A stretch of 64,000 bases of DNA from Chrysomallon squamiferum (Eukaryota > Animalia > Mollusca). Where the stretch lies: positions 16,807,090-16,871,089 of the forward strand of contig CM022666.1 in assembly GCA_012295275.1 (NCBI GenBank), written 5' to 3'. The position numbers and the translations under genes are program-made. A model generated the notes under the pieces. That model worked only from the letters and a program-made list of their open reading frames with translations. It ran no database searches and had not been told where the DNA came from. Position 1 is the first letter of the stretch; each line of letters opens with the position of its first letter. Shown here piece by piece: positions 14,501 to 31,555 of this stretch.

Positions 14501-17060
14501 GTTTGTGTGAATCAAATTTTTAGCCCTGTAAGTATGAGGTAGGGTCACATATAATAAAAGGCATGCATGTTATATAATAATGATGTATGAAGTAGTGTAT
14601 AATGAAGTATGAAGTAGTATGAAGTATACTTCTGATGCTTTCAGTCTGTCTTCAAGGTTTTCTATCTGGGTATTTCTCAGTACAATCAGATTTTCAAGGT
14701 CACATTTGGCTTTCTTCAGTGGCTCGGTTTCTTCTAGACTCAAACTCAGTTGATGTGTCAGCATCTCCGAGTCTCTGAATAATAATAATCTTTGTTCATG
14801 CATATTATACACATATATATTACATTCATACACATATATAAACACACGCGCACATATATATTACATTCATACACATATATAAATACACACACACACATAT
14901 TACATTCATACACATATATAAACACACACACACACATATTACATTCATACACATATATAAACACACACACACACACATATATATCATGTAACTCCAAACA
15001 ATAGAACAAAAAGTGTTTGACAGTTTACTAAATTAAATGTAATACTTGTTTTTCTTGTTGTTGTTTTTAAAATCTGCATGTAGTAGAATAAAATATGAAA
15101 TAATTCCAAACAATGTTTTTATTTCCATATACTTTTATTTAAAATTCACATAACATATTAAATTATTTTATCAAGTTAATTTTCTGATAAAATTTTAGCT
15201 GGTAACAGTCAGCTTTTGAATGACTAAATATATATCAGATAATTAAAAAATTATTTCATTTGTTAATTTACCTTTCAGCCTTTTCCAGTCTGCGGGAAAT
15301 CTCTTCCAGTTTCTTGCTCTGTGCATCATGCTGTTCTTCAGTTAAGAAAATTTACAAGTGGAGAAGAAGTTTCAAAATTTACATAACGTGGACCTTTAGT
15401 GAATTAAATTTCCTAATTTAGGTTCACTACACATATTAATAAAAATAATAATAATAATAATAAGAAGAAGAAGAAGAAGAATAGCAACAGTAACAATAAT
15501 AACAGCAATAGTAGTAACAATGTTGATGATAATCATAATAATAATAACAACTACAATGGTGCGATGATGAAAAGTAAACAAACAGAGTGGTCTGAAGTTG
15601 ATGTTAATGTCGTCCTGCTAGTAGATGTGTGTTGATAACAGGCTAAGTATTTAAAAAGGATATCTTCACACTTTGTTTGGTATTTCCGGATGAGAAGACT
15701 GAAAAATGAAAAACAGCATTAAAACTGATGACAGTGAAAATTACTTCAATATAAATTATTTTCTTTCTAATAAAAAATAAATAATAATTAAAAAGTTAAA
15801 AAATGAATAAAAATGTCAGTAATATTTATCACAGAAAAAATGAAGTAAATTTGTTTTATTTGTTATTGATTTTTTTTTTCAATTTGTTTTATTACCATTA
15901 TTATTTTAATATATATATAAAGGTACATTTTTTGTTTTTACAAAATATAAATTACATTATTTTAAAAAGATAGCGTTATTACTTTAATATGCAAAATAAA
16001 TTACTAAACTGTCTTCAAATAAAAACTGACTACTGATATGATTTTCTGTTTTAAAAATATTAACTTTAAAGTTACATTTACTGTTTAAATGATCTACTGT
16101 CTGAAGTATATTATGTTAAAGTTAAATTAACTCAATTGAAATTATCTACTGTCTGAAGCATATTAATTGTAAATATAAACTCACTCATTTGAAATGATCT
16201 ACTGTCTGAAGTATATTAATTGCAAAGTTAAACTCACTAAGTTGAAATGATCTAGTGTCTGAAGTATATTAATTGCAAAGTTAAACTCACTCAGTTGAAA
16301 TGATTTTCTGTCTTAAAGTTCTGAAGTTCAGAGAATGCTCTTCTTGTAGTTTTTGTAATTCCTGTTGGCAAATGAAGATGAGATGATTTAAATATTTAAT
16401 AAACTAATTTACTGAAATGGTCCAAGGCTGAGATACATATCAATAAGTAAAACAAAAAAAAAAAAAAAAATAGAAGAACTATGTTATTTAATGAACAAGA
16501 CAGTACATTAGTTTCAAGTTGTTCTGTGTCAGTGTGTATTTTATGGCAGTTACTTATGTAAAATATCTAATATACAAATTACTTCTTTTATTTTTTTCCT
16601 AAAAATATACACAGATAATCACAGTTATAGACATACATAAATGCACCACACACACACGTGATAATGGTCATGTATACTCAGATAAATACACTAACAGTTT
16701 ATTAAATACGCTGATTTTATTAATTTTATTTTTTCATAACAGTAATATTTTGTCTTTGCTTCCTTTATAGCTATTTCACATACACAGACAGGCATCTTCA
16801 AAATGCAAATTCTGTCAACAACAAAAACAAATCAACAGACTTTAATCATTTAAAAATTAAGAACAAAAATATTCTGAGATAGTCTGTAAGGAAATTACTG
16901 TTACTGTTTACGGTTTTTTCTTAATCGTTATTAAAATTAATTAAAAATGTAATAAATTAATGTTTTGTTTCTAAAAATATACCTCTTTTAACCTTCGGCA
17001 ACTGTCGCACCAAATCGGACCATCCAAATCAAAAGATGGAATGTCACCTTGCGAGGCCAT
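1..17060 (-). CDS. ICE1: Little elongation complex subunit 1 (ICE1/KIAA0947-like); multi-exon, 3' end lies beyond the left edge of the window
   Basis: Exons joined by hand with consistent phases: 17060-16983, 16361-16291, 15698-15664, 15332-15272, 14774-14630, 13584-13487, 12674-12637, 4442-4360, 4086-4047, 3679-3614, 2732-2494, then a large exon from ~2127 to <1. The translation MASQGDIPSFDLDGPIWCDSCRRLKE ELQKLQEEHSLNFRTLRQKIISTDLLIRKYQTKCEEHDAQ...RDSEMLTHQLSLSLEETEPLKK resembles the recalled vertebrate ICE1 N-terminus (CxxC followed by coiled coil: ..LITLKQKIINTDNLLTEYQKKCDE..RRENSNLHHQVEEMLQKISPLQK). It is followed by an LLSPLPP motif and a long low-complexity exon, as in ICE1. The acceptor of the last exon is not resolved. 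Confidence 0.8.
130..392 (-). repeat. Coding 30-bp tandem repeat (DEVLNNSPDG-type units)
   Basis: Repeated acttcatcaccatcaggtgaattgttcagc, with shorter variant units. Confidence 0.9.
503..1056 (-). repeat. Coding 24-bp tandem repeat (ESKDKVNT/S), about 22 units
   Basis: Repeated ctttcag(t/a)gttcactttatcctta. Confidence 0.95.
1700..1945 (-). repeat. Coding 51-bp tandem repeat (EEKVITHDKEDNSDICD), 4-5 units
   Basis: Direct repeats visible in both DNA and translation. Confidence 0.9.
2788..3565. repeat. Intronic ~30-bp minisatellite
   Basis: Repeated atatttaactaatgtg(tacata/catctg)taagatat, followed by (TG)n. Confidence 0.95.
5985..6305. repeat. Degenerate ~50-bp intronic minisatellite
   Basis: Repeated gtaatatgtaa..ctttgaatggcttgtaaaactgtatattatgatgtga. 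Confidence 0.8.
7490..8270. repeat. TG/TA-rich ~37-40-bp minisatellite
   Basis: Repeated acttgtatgt.t.tgtattt..at.tctgt units; source of several spurious ORFs. Confidence 0.85.
8700..9310. repeat. 39-bp minisatellite directly upstream of the nested Ig gene
   Basis: Repeated gtgagctgatagtataacacttgtaaaactgaaacaaca. Confidence 0.95.
9404..9892 (+). CDS. Small type I membrane protein: signal peptide, one Ig-like domain, TM helix and short basic tail; intronless CDS nested in ICE1 intron 7
   Basis: MFTVYIFVSLCHTVFT signal-like start (an upstream in-frame ATG exists at 9362). Ig motifs WTC..VVW..LNILNTTLSDTGHYVC; TM ALIGINAVFVLLFTACFIF; stop-transfer RRREK. Seven N-x-S/T sequons. Confidence 0.9.
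   Translation: MFTVYIFVSLCHTVFTDLSLDPRPELAVRPSENVSWTCTGHSNNQSVVWLFPNTSIISTNSSKRISMLNNTLNILNTTLSDTGHYVCQTTDLTMNITAYLRVYNMPSYFTLSMALIGINAVFVLLFTACFIFHKVLSRRREKTDKKVKYEMANEKANEKQTA
12960..13480. repeat. ~32-bp minisatellite abutting the ICE1 exon-6 donor
   Basis: Repeated tgatgtattgtataagtgttgtataaaaaca. Confidence 0.9.
14800..14982. repeat. ~36-bp CA/TA-rich minisatellite next to the ICE1 exon-5 acceptor
   Basis: Repeated atattacattcatacacatatataaacacacac. Confidence 0.85.
15333..15663 (-). other. U12-type (minor spliceosome) AT-AC intron, 331 nt; ICE1 intron 3
   Basis: Minus-strand 5' end is ATATCCTTT, an exact U12 consensus. Branch site TTCTTAAC at 15348-15341 and a terminal AC about 10 nt further on. 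Splicing here keeps the frame (TKCE-E-HDAQ). Confidence 0.92.
16085..16312 (-). repeat. 53-bp tandem repeat (~4 units) containing copies of the ICE1 exon-2 3' end and donor
   Basis: Donor copies gtgagt at 16290, 16237 and 16184 and a degenerate copy at 16131, exactly 53 bp apart. Confidence 0.85.
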
Positions 17061-17159
17061 GACATGTTTGTTGAGTGGCACATTAGTATATTAATATGTA
17101 CGTCTTGAACAAATGAATATCCACTTTCTTCTTGTGTATTTGTCAATTACTCTGTACTA

Positions 17160-17235
17160 TTTCGCTCTTTCGTTTTCACAACGTGGAGGAAGTTGACGAA
17201 AAGCGATCTTCCGGTTATAGAGTAACATCCCTTAG
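17160..17235 (-). promoter_or_regulatory. Putative ICE1 promoter region with an ETS-type CCGGAAG motif
   Basis: CpG-containing patch ~150 bp upstream of the ATG, including cttccgg at ~17208-17214. Function is inferred. Confidence 0.35.
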
Positions 17236-17654
17236 ATTGAATATTTTTTTTTTTTTTTTTTTTTAATTTGTTGTTTTCTTTTTTTTCTTCACAAAACTAA
17301 ATAATTCTTCTTTTTTCTTTATGAATACCTACCGAAATAAAACATTATATGAGTTATTTACTCAATAAATTAATGTATTTTATATTTATTTATATTTTAA
17401 AAGTAAACAATGTCAAGGCCGCTACATATGTTGAATATTAAATTAACTATAGATTTTTGGGATAACTTAAGTCAACAGAGCGGGCAGCTAAGTGGGATGG
17501 TTAAGGTTCGGATCAATAAACATATTTTAACTATTTTATATATCCATCATCTCTTTTTAACAGTGCGCGCGCGTTCTTGTTATTAAGTGTAATATTTTAT
17601 ACCACAATGTCGAGAAATATTTATTAATGCAATTTTTATTTTTTATTTATATTT

Positions 17655-17709
<55 letters not shown>

Positions 17710-17731
17710 TGCATTATTTGCATTATTATTA

Positions 17732-17764
<33 letters not shown>

Positions 17765-18271
17765 TTTAAAAAAAACATGACATTTCGTATATATAAGGGT
17801 GTTTTTTTTATATATATTTTGTTTTCATTTTTCATTTATTTGGTGTGGGTTTTTTTTTTGGGGGGGTTGTTGTTTTTTACCGAGTGTTTTTATGTTGTTG
17901 TTGTTTTTTCTTTCTCTTTCTTTCTTTCGTTCAGATCCTCCAAAACATAATAAAAATGCATTGCATTATTTATTTATTTAACAACGAAGTTTGATAGCTG
18001 TAATGAAGTCAGTGTACAGTTCGGATGAAGCATGCAGAGCTGTGATTTGAAGGCAATTTAAAAAATTACGTTAGTTTTCGAGACTATTATTTCCGTTCAG
18101 CAGCCGCTGGAAAACAGTTCTGTTTCTTCCTCTGTAATACAATTCATCTCAGTCATCCTGCAATCCTTAGTGGCTCGAGAAATCAAACTTTTACATCACA
18201 GTGCACACAACATTTCACACTTTGTTGTTTGCTATGGTATTGGTGTAGGTAGAACAGTTAATAAATATATT

Positions 18272-18304
<33 letters not shown>

Positions 18305-18471
18305 TTCATTTTGGTCTCAAAAGTCAACATATAAAACTTTGACTTTATCCGACTAAAACGGCCATTCAAAGTTTTTTTTTTTCCTGAAAATGGGTGCGGC
18401 TACGAATCTTATTTTATTTATTTATTTATTTTTTTTTTTAATCATTTACTAATTACTTTATATAATAAAGA

Positions 18472-18514
<43 letters not shown>

Positions 18515-18601
18515 TATTATTAAAATTAATTTCTCAACAATCGTTTTAAATGTGTATAGTCTGTATCTCAAGTAATGACAATACGTTTATAATATTTCAA
18601 A

Positions 18602-18637
<36 letters not shown>

Positions 18638-19049
18638 GCACATTTTGCATAATAAGTTTTCTAATAGAATCACACTGGTGATCATTTAATTACAATACAA
18701 ACATTCACAGAAATATTAACATTTCATGTATACTAATACCATTTTTATTACTACTACTACTATTATAGTTGTTGTTATTACTGTTGTTTTTATTATTATT
18801 GTTATTTTTATTTTTATTCTTATAAATATATATATATTTTAACTATTTCCATGTCAGTGATTATTTTCCCCCAGAAAACAAAATGAAATCGCCCAAACTT
18901 GAAAATTTGTAAATTATCTCTAGGCTTCGTTTTTATTTTTATTTTTTTGGAAGTTATTATGTACGTTTGACCTAGAAACCTCTAAGGAAAAACGTGTAAA
19001 GAATTTGATTAGCTGGTCGCTTGAGTACACAGACACTTTCCTAACGACA

Positions 19050-19199
19050 GATTAGGTCGACAATAGCGTCACCGCACTAGCTGTTCCTTTGTCACTGCGA
19101 AACATTACAACACTGCTGTGACGTTGTGTACAGCGACAGCTGAACACCGCTAGACACGACCAACACAGTCTCTCTGCCCCGCGAGGAGGACACACCCAG
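19050..19199 (+). other. Probable non-coding first exon of the PGQYPP gene
   Basis: CpG-enriched patch ending in the strong donor CAG|GTGAGT at 19199/19200. The acceptor ttattgcag at 21564 lies 8 nt before the ATG. The 5' boundary is approximate. Confidence 0.55.
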
Positions 19200-20284
19200 G
19201 TGAGTTTGTGTGATTAGCTAAATACAACACGTATTGATTGTTATGTGTGCAATGTGTTCTGTATTTCACTAAGTTTACGTTAGTAAGTATTCTCGTTATA
19301 AATGTTACTAACTTATAAAATCAGCTAGAATATCTACATTCTACATCCTGTTCCAGTTTCCTAGAAAAAAAAAGTGAGTCATCGAGACTGTACTGGGAAA
19401 GAGAGAACGTGTGACAACGAGAAAGGAAATACAGGGTGCAGGGAAGGAAGATATAGATTAAAAAGAAAATACAGACTGTGTGTGTTTGTGTGTGTATGTG
19501 TGTGTAGCATAGTTTATGTATGTACATACATGTGTGTGTATGTCGGGTACAATTATGTATCTGCTTATATCGTTGTGTCTACGAACGAAACCAGTATACA
19601 AAATAGGAAATGTAAACACAGTATTTCTGTATCCAGAAAGAAAAGGATGAAAGAAAAAAGAAGTAGGTTAATCGACACGCGCAGCTATTTTTGACATGTG
19701 TCCTGGATTATTTAACTTTCATTTTATCAACAGAAGACTACGTATGTGTGTTGTGTCGAGATGACATACTATCAGCGTTACCTGGTTACAACATAAACAC
19801 TTCAACTATTGATTTACATTCCCCTTCACTGGCTTGTCACGCTGCAGTGTTTGGCTTAGTAGTTTTTTCTTTTTTACTGTTTATATGTAATATGTGTCTT
19901 CACACACACACACACACTGAATCAGGGCAAGACCCGGGCTGAGAGTGAAACGTGTGAAAAGGTTGCTGTGTGACTTAAATCTTCAGGTGTTCGATAAACC
20001 TGTCTAACGTCTGATGTCTTTGAAGTCAGTTATGACTTTCATACCAAAAACGTCGATAGACTTCAAACGGTAACGGTAGACATAAACGAATTCATTCAGT
20101 GGATATCGTTTCTATCGGAAGAGAGATTTATATTTTATATATTTTAAAATCTTTCTATTAAAAAATATTAATAATAAATATAAAAAAACATTAAAAAAAA
20201 AACAACAACAAAAAGAGAACAGGGAAAAATTATTAGTTTCGGTAAGAGGCGTTTGTCTCATTTGCCTCAGTGTAGTTACGGCCA

Positions 20285-20596
20285 TGATATGTATGTATGT
20301 ATGTATGTATGTATGTGTGTGTGTGTGTGTGTTTCAGTATGTATATATGTATGTATGTGTATGTGTGTGTGTGTGTGTTTCTGTATGTATGTATGTATAT
20401 ATGTGTATGTGTGTGTGTGTGTGTGTGTTTCTGTATGTATGTATGTATGTGTGTATGTATGTATGTATGTATGTGTGTGTATGTGTGTGTGTGTGTTTCT
20501 GTATGTATGTATATGTGTGTGTGTGTATGTATGTATGTATGTATGTATGTATGTATGTATGTGTTTATGTATGTATGTATGTATGTATGTATGTAT
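20285..20596. repeat. Compound (TG)n/(TATG)n microsatellite
   Basis: Direct inspection. Confidence 0.95.
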
Positions 20597-20950
20597 TACT
20601 TCCTGTAGGTGGCCTCAAACAGCTATGTTTCTTCAACAATAAAATCGACATTACCACTGGCTGACAATCTTAAAACAAATATCTGCCATTACACGGCTTT
20701 ACGAAAGAATGACTTTGCATTTAAGATGAAGCAGTGGCAGATATGTAAAATCTATTTCTATTTCAGACCTAAGACAAAAATAAAATTCTAACATGAAATA
20801 ATTAAACAGTGTTTAACATACAGGTACTCACACTGACATACACACGTAAACACACGTATGTATGTCTATATCTTCTTTTATCTATTTACCTAGAAAGACA
20901 AATATATAAATATGTAGCTAGATAGACAGATAGATTAAATATATATGTTT

Positions 20951-21052
<102 letters not shown>

Positions 21053-21572
21053 TTTATACTAAAATCTCTGAAACCAGTGTCTGAGTGAAATCGGTGAAAG
21101 TTCATGAAATGCAGAACTCACGAATTTACTCAAATCTGCTAACAGTGATTCACTTTACTGCGTCTTGTCGTGAAGCAGATGTTCGTGATAAACTGAAAGA
21201 TCAGTAAGACAGGTTTAGTTGTTTATCAGTGTGAGAGTGTGTATATTATGAGTCCACTTCAAAATAAAACTTTGATTATTCTTCGATCACTATGGTAATA
21301 TTAATTTCCACGTCTTTTTGTTTTTTAATTTAAAACAGATATATCGTCTTTCTTTAATTGTATACAAGGTGTTTTTGATTATTGATGCAATTTAAAATTT
21401 TCACTATGTTTAACAGCGTGTTTTTACTTTGTTTCAAATTTATTTATTTATTTATTCATTTATTTATTTATTTATTATTTTAGCTGAGTGTGCTTTTTTA
21501 CTATTACAGAATGTTTTAATTATTAGTATAAAACTCTATTTTAAAGGTTTTATTTTTATTGCAGTGTAAACG

Positions 21573-24383
<2,811 letters not shown>

Positions 24384-24704
24384 AGAGGAAAGACGCTGTT
24401 ACGTGTATATTTTATTGACTGTCCGAGTGTCCGATTTGGGCTCCAGTTACAAACTTTGAACGAATCATATTGACGCATTAGAAAAAACCGATGAGATTAA
24501 AGAAAACCAGTTAGTAAAAACTGATTATAATAATAACAATGTGATCTTGAAATGTTGTTACTGAACAGAGAAGAAATAAATTATCCTTTTTGTTTAACAA
24601 CGAATTTGTTATTTTGTAATACAGTCTAAACAGCGTGTGTAAAACATTCTGAGTGTAAGAGAAAATTAGAAAACGGTGAATATCTTGGTTTTTGTTATTG
24701 CCGA

Positions 24705-25100
24705 ATGTAGGACATAAGTCCCCCGCAGTAGAAAAGCCCCCCAAGTCCAAAAATGCGTAGGTCGACAAAAGTCCCACAGTCAGTTTGCAAGGTAGGACAA
24801 CAGCACCCCAACAAGAAATAAAGGTAGGACAACAGCACCTCAGCGAGAAATAAAGGTAGGACAACAGCACCTCAACGAGAAATAAAGATAGGACAACAGC
24901 ACCTCAACGAGAAATAAAGGTAGGACAAACAGCACCCCAACGAGAAATAAAGGTAGGACAACAGCACCCCAACGAGAAATAAAGGTAGGACAACAGCACC
25001 TCAACGAGAAATAAAGGTAGGACAAACAGCACCCCAACGAGAAATAAAGGTAGGACAACAGCACCCCAACGAGAAATAAAGGTAGGACAACAGCACCTAA
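24705..25100. repeat. 36-bp minisatellite with a degenerate leader, possibly a remnant of a non-autonomous element
   Basis: Repeated aggtaggacaacagcaccccaacgagaaataa, preceded by related taggacataagtcccc / gacaaaagtccc motifs. Confidence 0.8.
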
Positions 25101-25216
25101 GGAAACGAATACACGTGATAAACAGGCACGTGTAGTCAGATGTTCACATCAAATGTTTGCTTGGATAATCCTGAACAAGCTGATAATTCCCTTCAGTGAC
25201 ATAAACTGTAATATAT

Positions 25217-25875
25217 TCAGTAAACACACAGCTCTGTAAACACACAGCTCAGTAAACACACAGCTCAGTAAACACACAGCTCAGTAAACACACAGCTCTG
25301 TAAACACACAGCTCTGTAAACACACAGCTCGGTAAACACACAGCTCAGTAAATACACAGCTCTGTAAACACACAGCTCAGTAAACAACAGCTCTGTAAAC
25401 ACACAGCTCTGTAAACACACAGCTCGGTAAACACACAGCTCTGTAAACACAGAGGTCAGTAAACACACAGCTCAGTAAACACACAGCTCAGTAAACACAT
25501 AGGTCAGTAAACACACAGCTCTGTAAACACACAGCTCAGTAAACACACAGCTCGGTAAACACACAGCTCTGTAAACACACAGGTCAGTAAACAAAGCTCA
25601 GTAAACACACAGCTCTGTAAACACACAGCTCTGTAAACACACAGCTCTGTAAACACACAGCTCTGTAAACACACAGCTCAGTAAACACACAGCTCTGTAA
25701 ACACATAGGTCAGTAAACACACAGCTCTGTAAACACACAGCTCAGTAAACACACAGCTCAGTAAACACACAGCTCTGTAAACACACAGCTCTGTAAACAC
25801 ACAGCTCAGTAAACACATAGCTCTGTAAACATACAGCTCTGTAAACACACAGCTCAGTAAACACACAGCTCTGTG
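25217..25875. repeat. 17-bp minisatellite (gtaaacacacagctc[a/t/g]), roughly 38 units
   Basis: Direct inspection. Confidence 0.95.
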
Positions 25876-26434
25876 AGAGCAGACTGGTGAAGTGAAGTGC
25901 ATCTTGCCCTTCAGGTGACCCCACTCGCTGTCTCCGTGTTTATATCCAGGTCTTCTCGTCCGTGACGGAATGCAGGTTTAGTATGAAAGTTGACTGATAA
26001 TTATGGATTTCATTATAAATAGCAAAAACCATTTAATAAGAATGCCTTCCATTTTTTGGATGAGTGGAAAAAATTAACCATTATCTACACGTTAAATGCA
26101 TATTCATGCTTTAGTATGTAAATTTGTGAAAGATATTAACTGGCAAAAATCCGGATACGTAAAACAAAAAAAATTAAATAAAAAAATTAAATTTGTTTTA
26201 TATTTTTCCAGAAAAGTTTGAGAAAAGCTGGATAAATAGAGAAACTTTATTTTTTATTTTTTATTTTTTTTTTTTGTGTCAAAATGTTTCGTGTCTAAAA
26301 ATCACTCGGAAACTAATCTCGACAATTATAAACTTTCGAAATATTGTCAAAATTCAGAAATTGGTATTAACTTTTCAGTTTTTATTGAAAGTTATTATAA
26401 CAACAAGCAAAAACTGACAATTATCGTCGTTACT

Positions 26435-28420
<1,986 letters not shown>

Positions 28421-30222
28421 CGTGCTGAGAAATGACCTGACACGTGATGCTCCACGATGTTACATGTAAGTCATTTTGTGGGCGTGTCACATGTACAGTA
28501 TATATATATATGGGAAATGTAAATTGAAAATTATATCTCTGAGGGTGTGGTTGTATCTGTTTGTGGGAGGTAAATGTATGTAAAGCTTTGACTTTGTATC
28601 AGTTTTATGTTCACATTACAAATGTGTCACTGATGTGAATGTTCGACACGTCATCTAACACGAGGAGTGAAAGAGATTTTTTAAAATCATGAATAACCTG
28701 TCACACTACAATGTTCTGAATCCAAACATTTTGTTTACTTTCATTTAAATGTTTTTTTTTACAAAAATACTTCAAACATAAGCTGATTATTATTATTATT
28801 TTTTATTTTATTTTAAAGGATATTATTAAGTAAATAAATAAATAAATAATAACAACAACAACATATGCGAAATTACTTAAAACATATATGAATATTTTCC
28901 TCATATTTCCGTGTCTGCAAGCAATGATGAGCGCGTGTCGTGTTCCGAGACAAAAACAAACAGCAATCCCACTCAGACAGCGGAAGCCAGTTGGTCACGT
29001 GACAAAGTGTGGATCGAGTGAGAGGCGAGTCCGGGTTTTTCTCAGTCAGACTCACACAAGGGAGACTATTTTACGTAGAATTAAGGTTAAAAACAGTGGT
29101 AACGTATTTCGCGATTGAAATTTGACATAAAAGAAATGTTAAACAGGGAGAAATAAAACGGCAATTTAGACATAAATCATTTAATAGATCATAGATATTA
29201 AACAAACAATAAATCATTTACAAATCAGTTTATACTAATACGTTAAGAAATAATTATATGCTGCTCATTGTGGGTTCATTTTTGTGTTAACTTAAGATAT
29301 CGTATTTTGTCTCTAAAGTTATTGTCTTCCGTTTCTTTTTATCATCAGCTTTCGCAGGTGTACTGTTATTCATTTTGACATATTGAACGGGTAAATTACA
29401 AAAACATTAAGTCTAAATGGAAGCAGAAGAGACAAGAGAATCTGAACATGTACGTATGACGTCTGCATGTCAACTGATCAACATGGCTGAGGGAAGCTCG
29501 CGACTGAACGAAAAACGAACGAAAACGGATTTAAGCACATGCATTGTACCCATGTGTATCATTTATTTCGAGCAGTTAACTATTAAATTTCTATTTGTAT
29601 AATTGGTAAAAAACAACAAAAAACAACCCAAAAACAAACAAACAAACAAACAAAAAACAACAACGATAAAGCGGGATATTGTTAAGCGAGGTATTACTGT
29701 ATCTAAATCCGTTTCCAATTAATCAGTGTAATGACTGAGGTAAAAACAAGTATGTCAATAAGACCACAGGACCATATTTAGCCTTTCGACAAACTGGGAG
29801 TAACGTTTGTGTAATGTTTGTGTTTGTGCATAATTAAGTTCATGTCGGTGTGTATATATGGGTGTTACTATTACTGAATAATCCCACCTGTCCTGTGATT
29901 TTAGATAAAGTCATAAATTAAAGAAAAACAATGAATGAATAAATAAATAAAAGCACACACACACACACAGACACACACACACACACAGAGAGAGAGAGAC
30001 ACACACACACACAAAATAAAACACAACAACAACGATATTGTTTATAATTTTTGCATACATAATTTATAAAAAACATTTACTAGTATTCATTCATTCACCT
30101 GTATTAAATTATTACCCTTTGAATTGACGGTGAGTTTGATTCAGCTGTTCAGTCTGTAGCTGTCTGACCAGTGTAGACTGGATCCAGAATTAAACAGCTG
30201 CTCATGCAACACAGATTAAATA

Positions 30223-30373
<151 letters not shown>

Positions 30374-31441
30374 AATCCACCGATCCGTCCACCTATCTAT
30401 ATATCTATCTCTCTGTTTATCTACCTACCTACTCATCTATTTTATCGGTTGTTTTGTGTAATTATGTAATATATAAATTATGATAACCATACATAAAATA
30501 TCAAACAAGTCTTGTATCAAGGGAAGTAACTGACAGTGGTAGTAAGAACTAAGTACAACAACAGTAGCAGAAGCAGCCGTGACTAGAAACAAATAATAAT
30601 AATAACAAAAAAATAAATTAAAATAATATGTCCTCTATTTAATAGACTAATAGAGGTTTCTGATTTTATGCCATAAATCAACTTTCAACTGATATATATA
30701 TATATATCTTCATGGTCTGAATACTAATGGTATCTAAGAAGAAATTGTTACATTTGAAGTGTGAAAATGAAACATACCTAGCTGGGAATTTCAGTTGTTT
30801 GATTGTTGGTTTCAAATACAAAACATGTTTCATTACTTATTTGTTTGTTTGTAAACACAATATATGTTTCATTGTTTGTTTGTTTCTAGTCACAAACTAT
30901 GTTTCATTGTTTGTTAGTAGAGAAACGATATGTTTGCTTGTTTCTTTCTTAGTACAGAAAAGATGTGTTTCACTGATTATTTGTTGGGGAAGAAAAATGT
31001 GTTTCATGGGTTATTTGTTAGTAGAGAAATGATGGGTTTCAGTGATTATTTGTTAGGGGAGAAACGTTGTGTTTTTTACTAATCACATATTTGAAATACA
31101 ACAGTGCAACCTGGCGCTTAGTTTAACCAGTTTTTATCTTTTAAATCGGAAGTGTGTTCAGTAGTGGTCCATTAAACCAAAGGTTTGCTGTAAGAGTCCA
31201 CGAGTTGCTAATGACAATGTAAACAAGTGATATGTTTTGATTTTTATTTTACGTTCCTGTGTGTCAAATTTCAGTCAGATCACGAAGTTCTTCAAATAAG
31301 TGATGAAAACCGATTAATAAAAAAATAAAAAAAAATAAAATTAAAATACACAACAATGAAAACAAAACACTTACAATTTACTGTGATGCTGCTTAGAGTT
31401 CTAAAATATTTTTTCTTTATTTCTTTATTAATTAATTCCTA

Positions 31442-31504
<63 letters not shown>

Positions 31505-31512
31505 GAATAAAA

Positions 31513-31555
<43 letters not shown>

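Noticed and set aside
14621-14629. Donor GTATACTT (also GTATATTT at 16982 and GTATCTCT at 28311) as further U12 introns
   Set aside because: Each mismatches RTATCCTT, and no CCTTAAC-like branch site lies near the corresponding acceptors.
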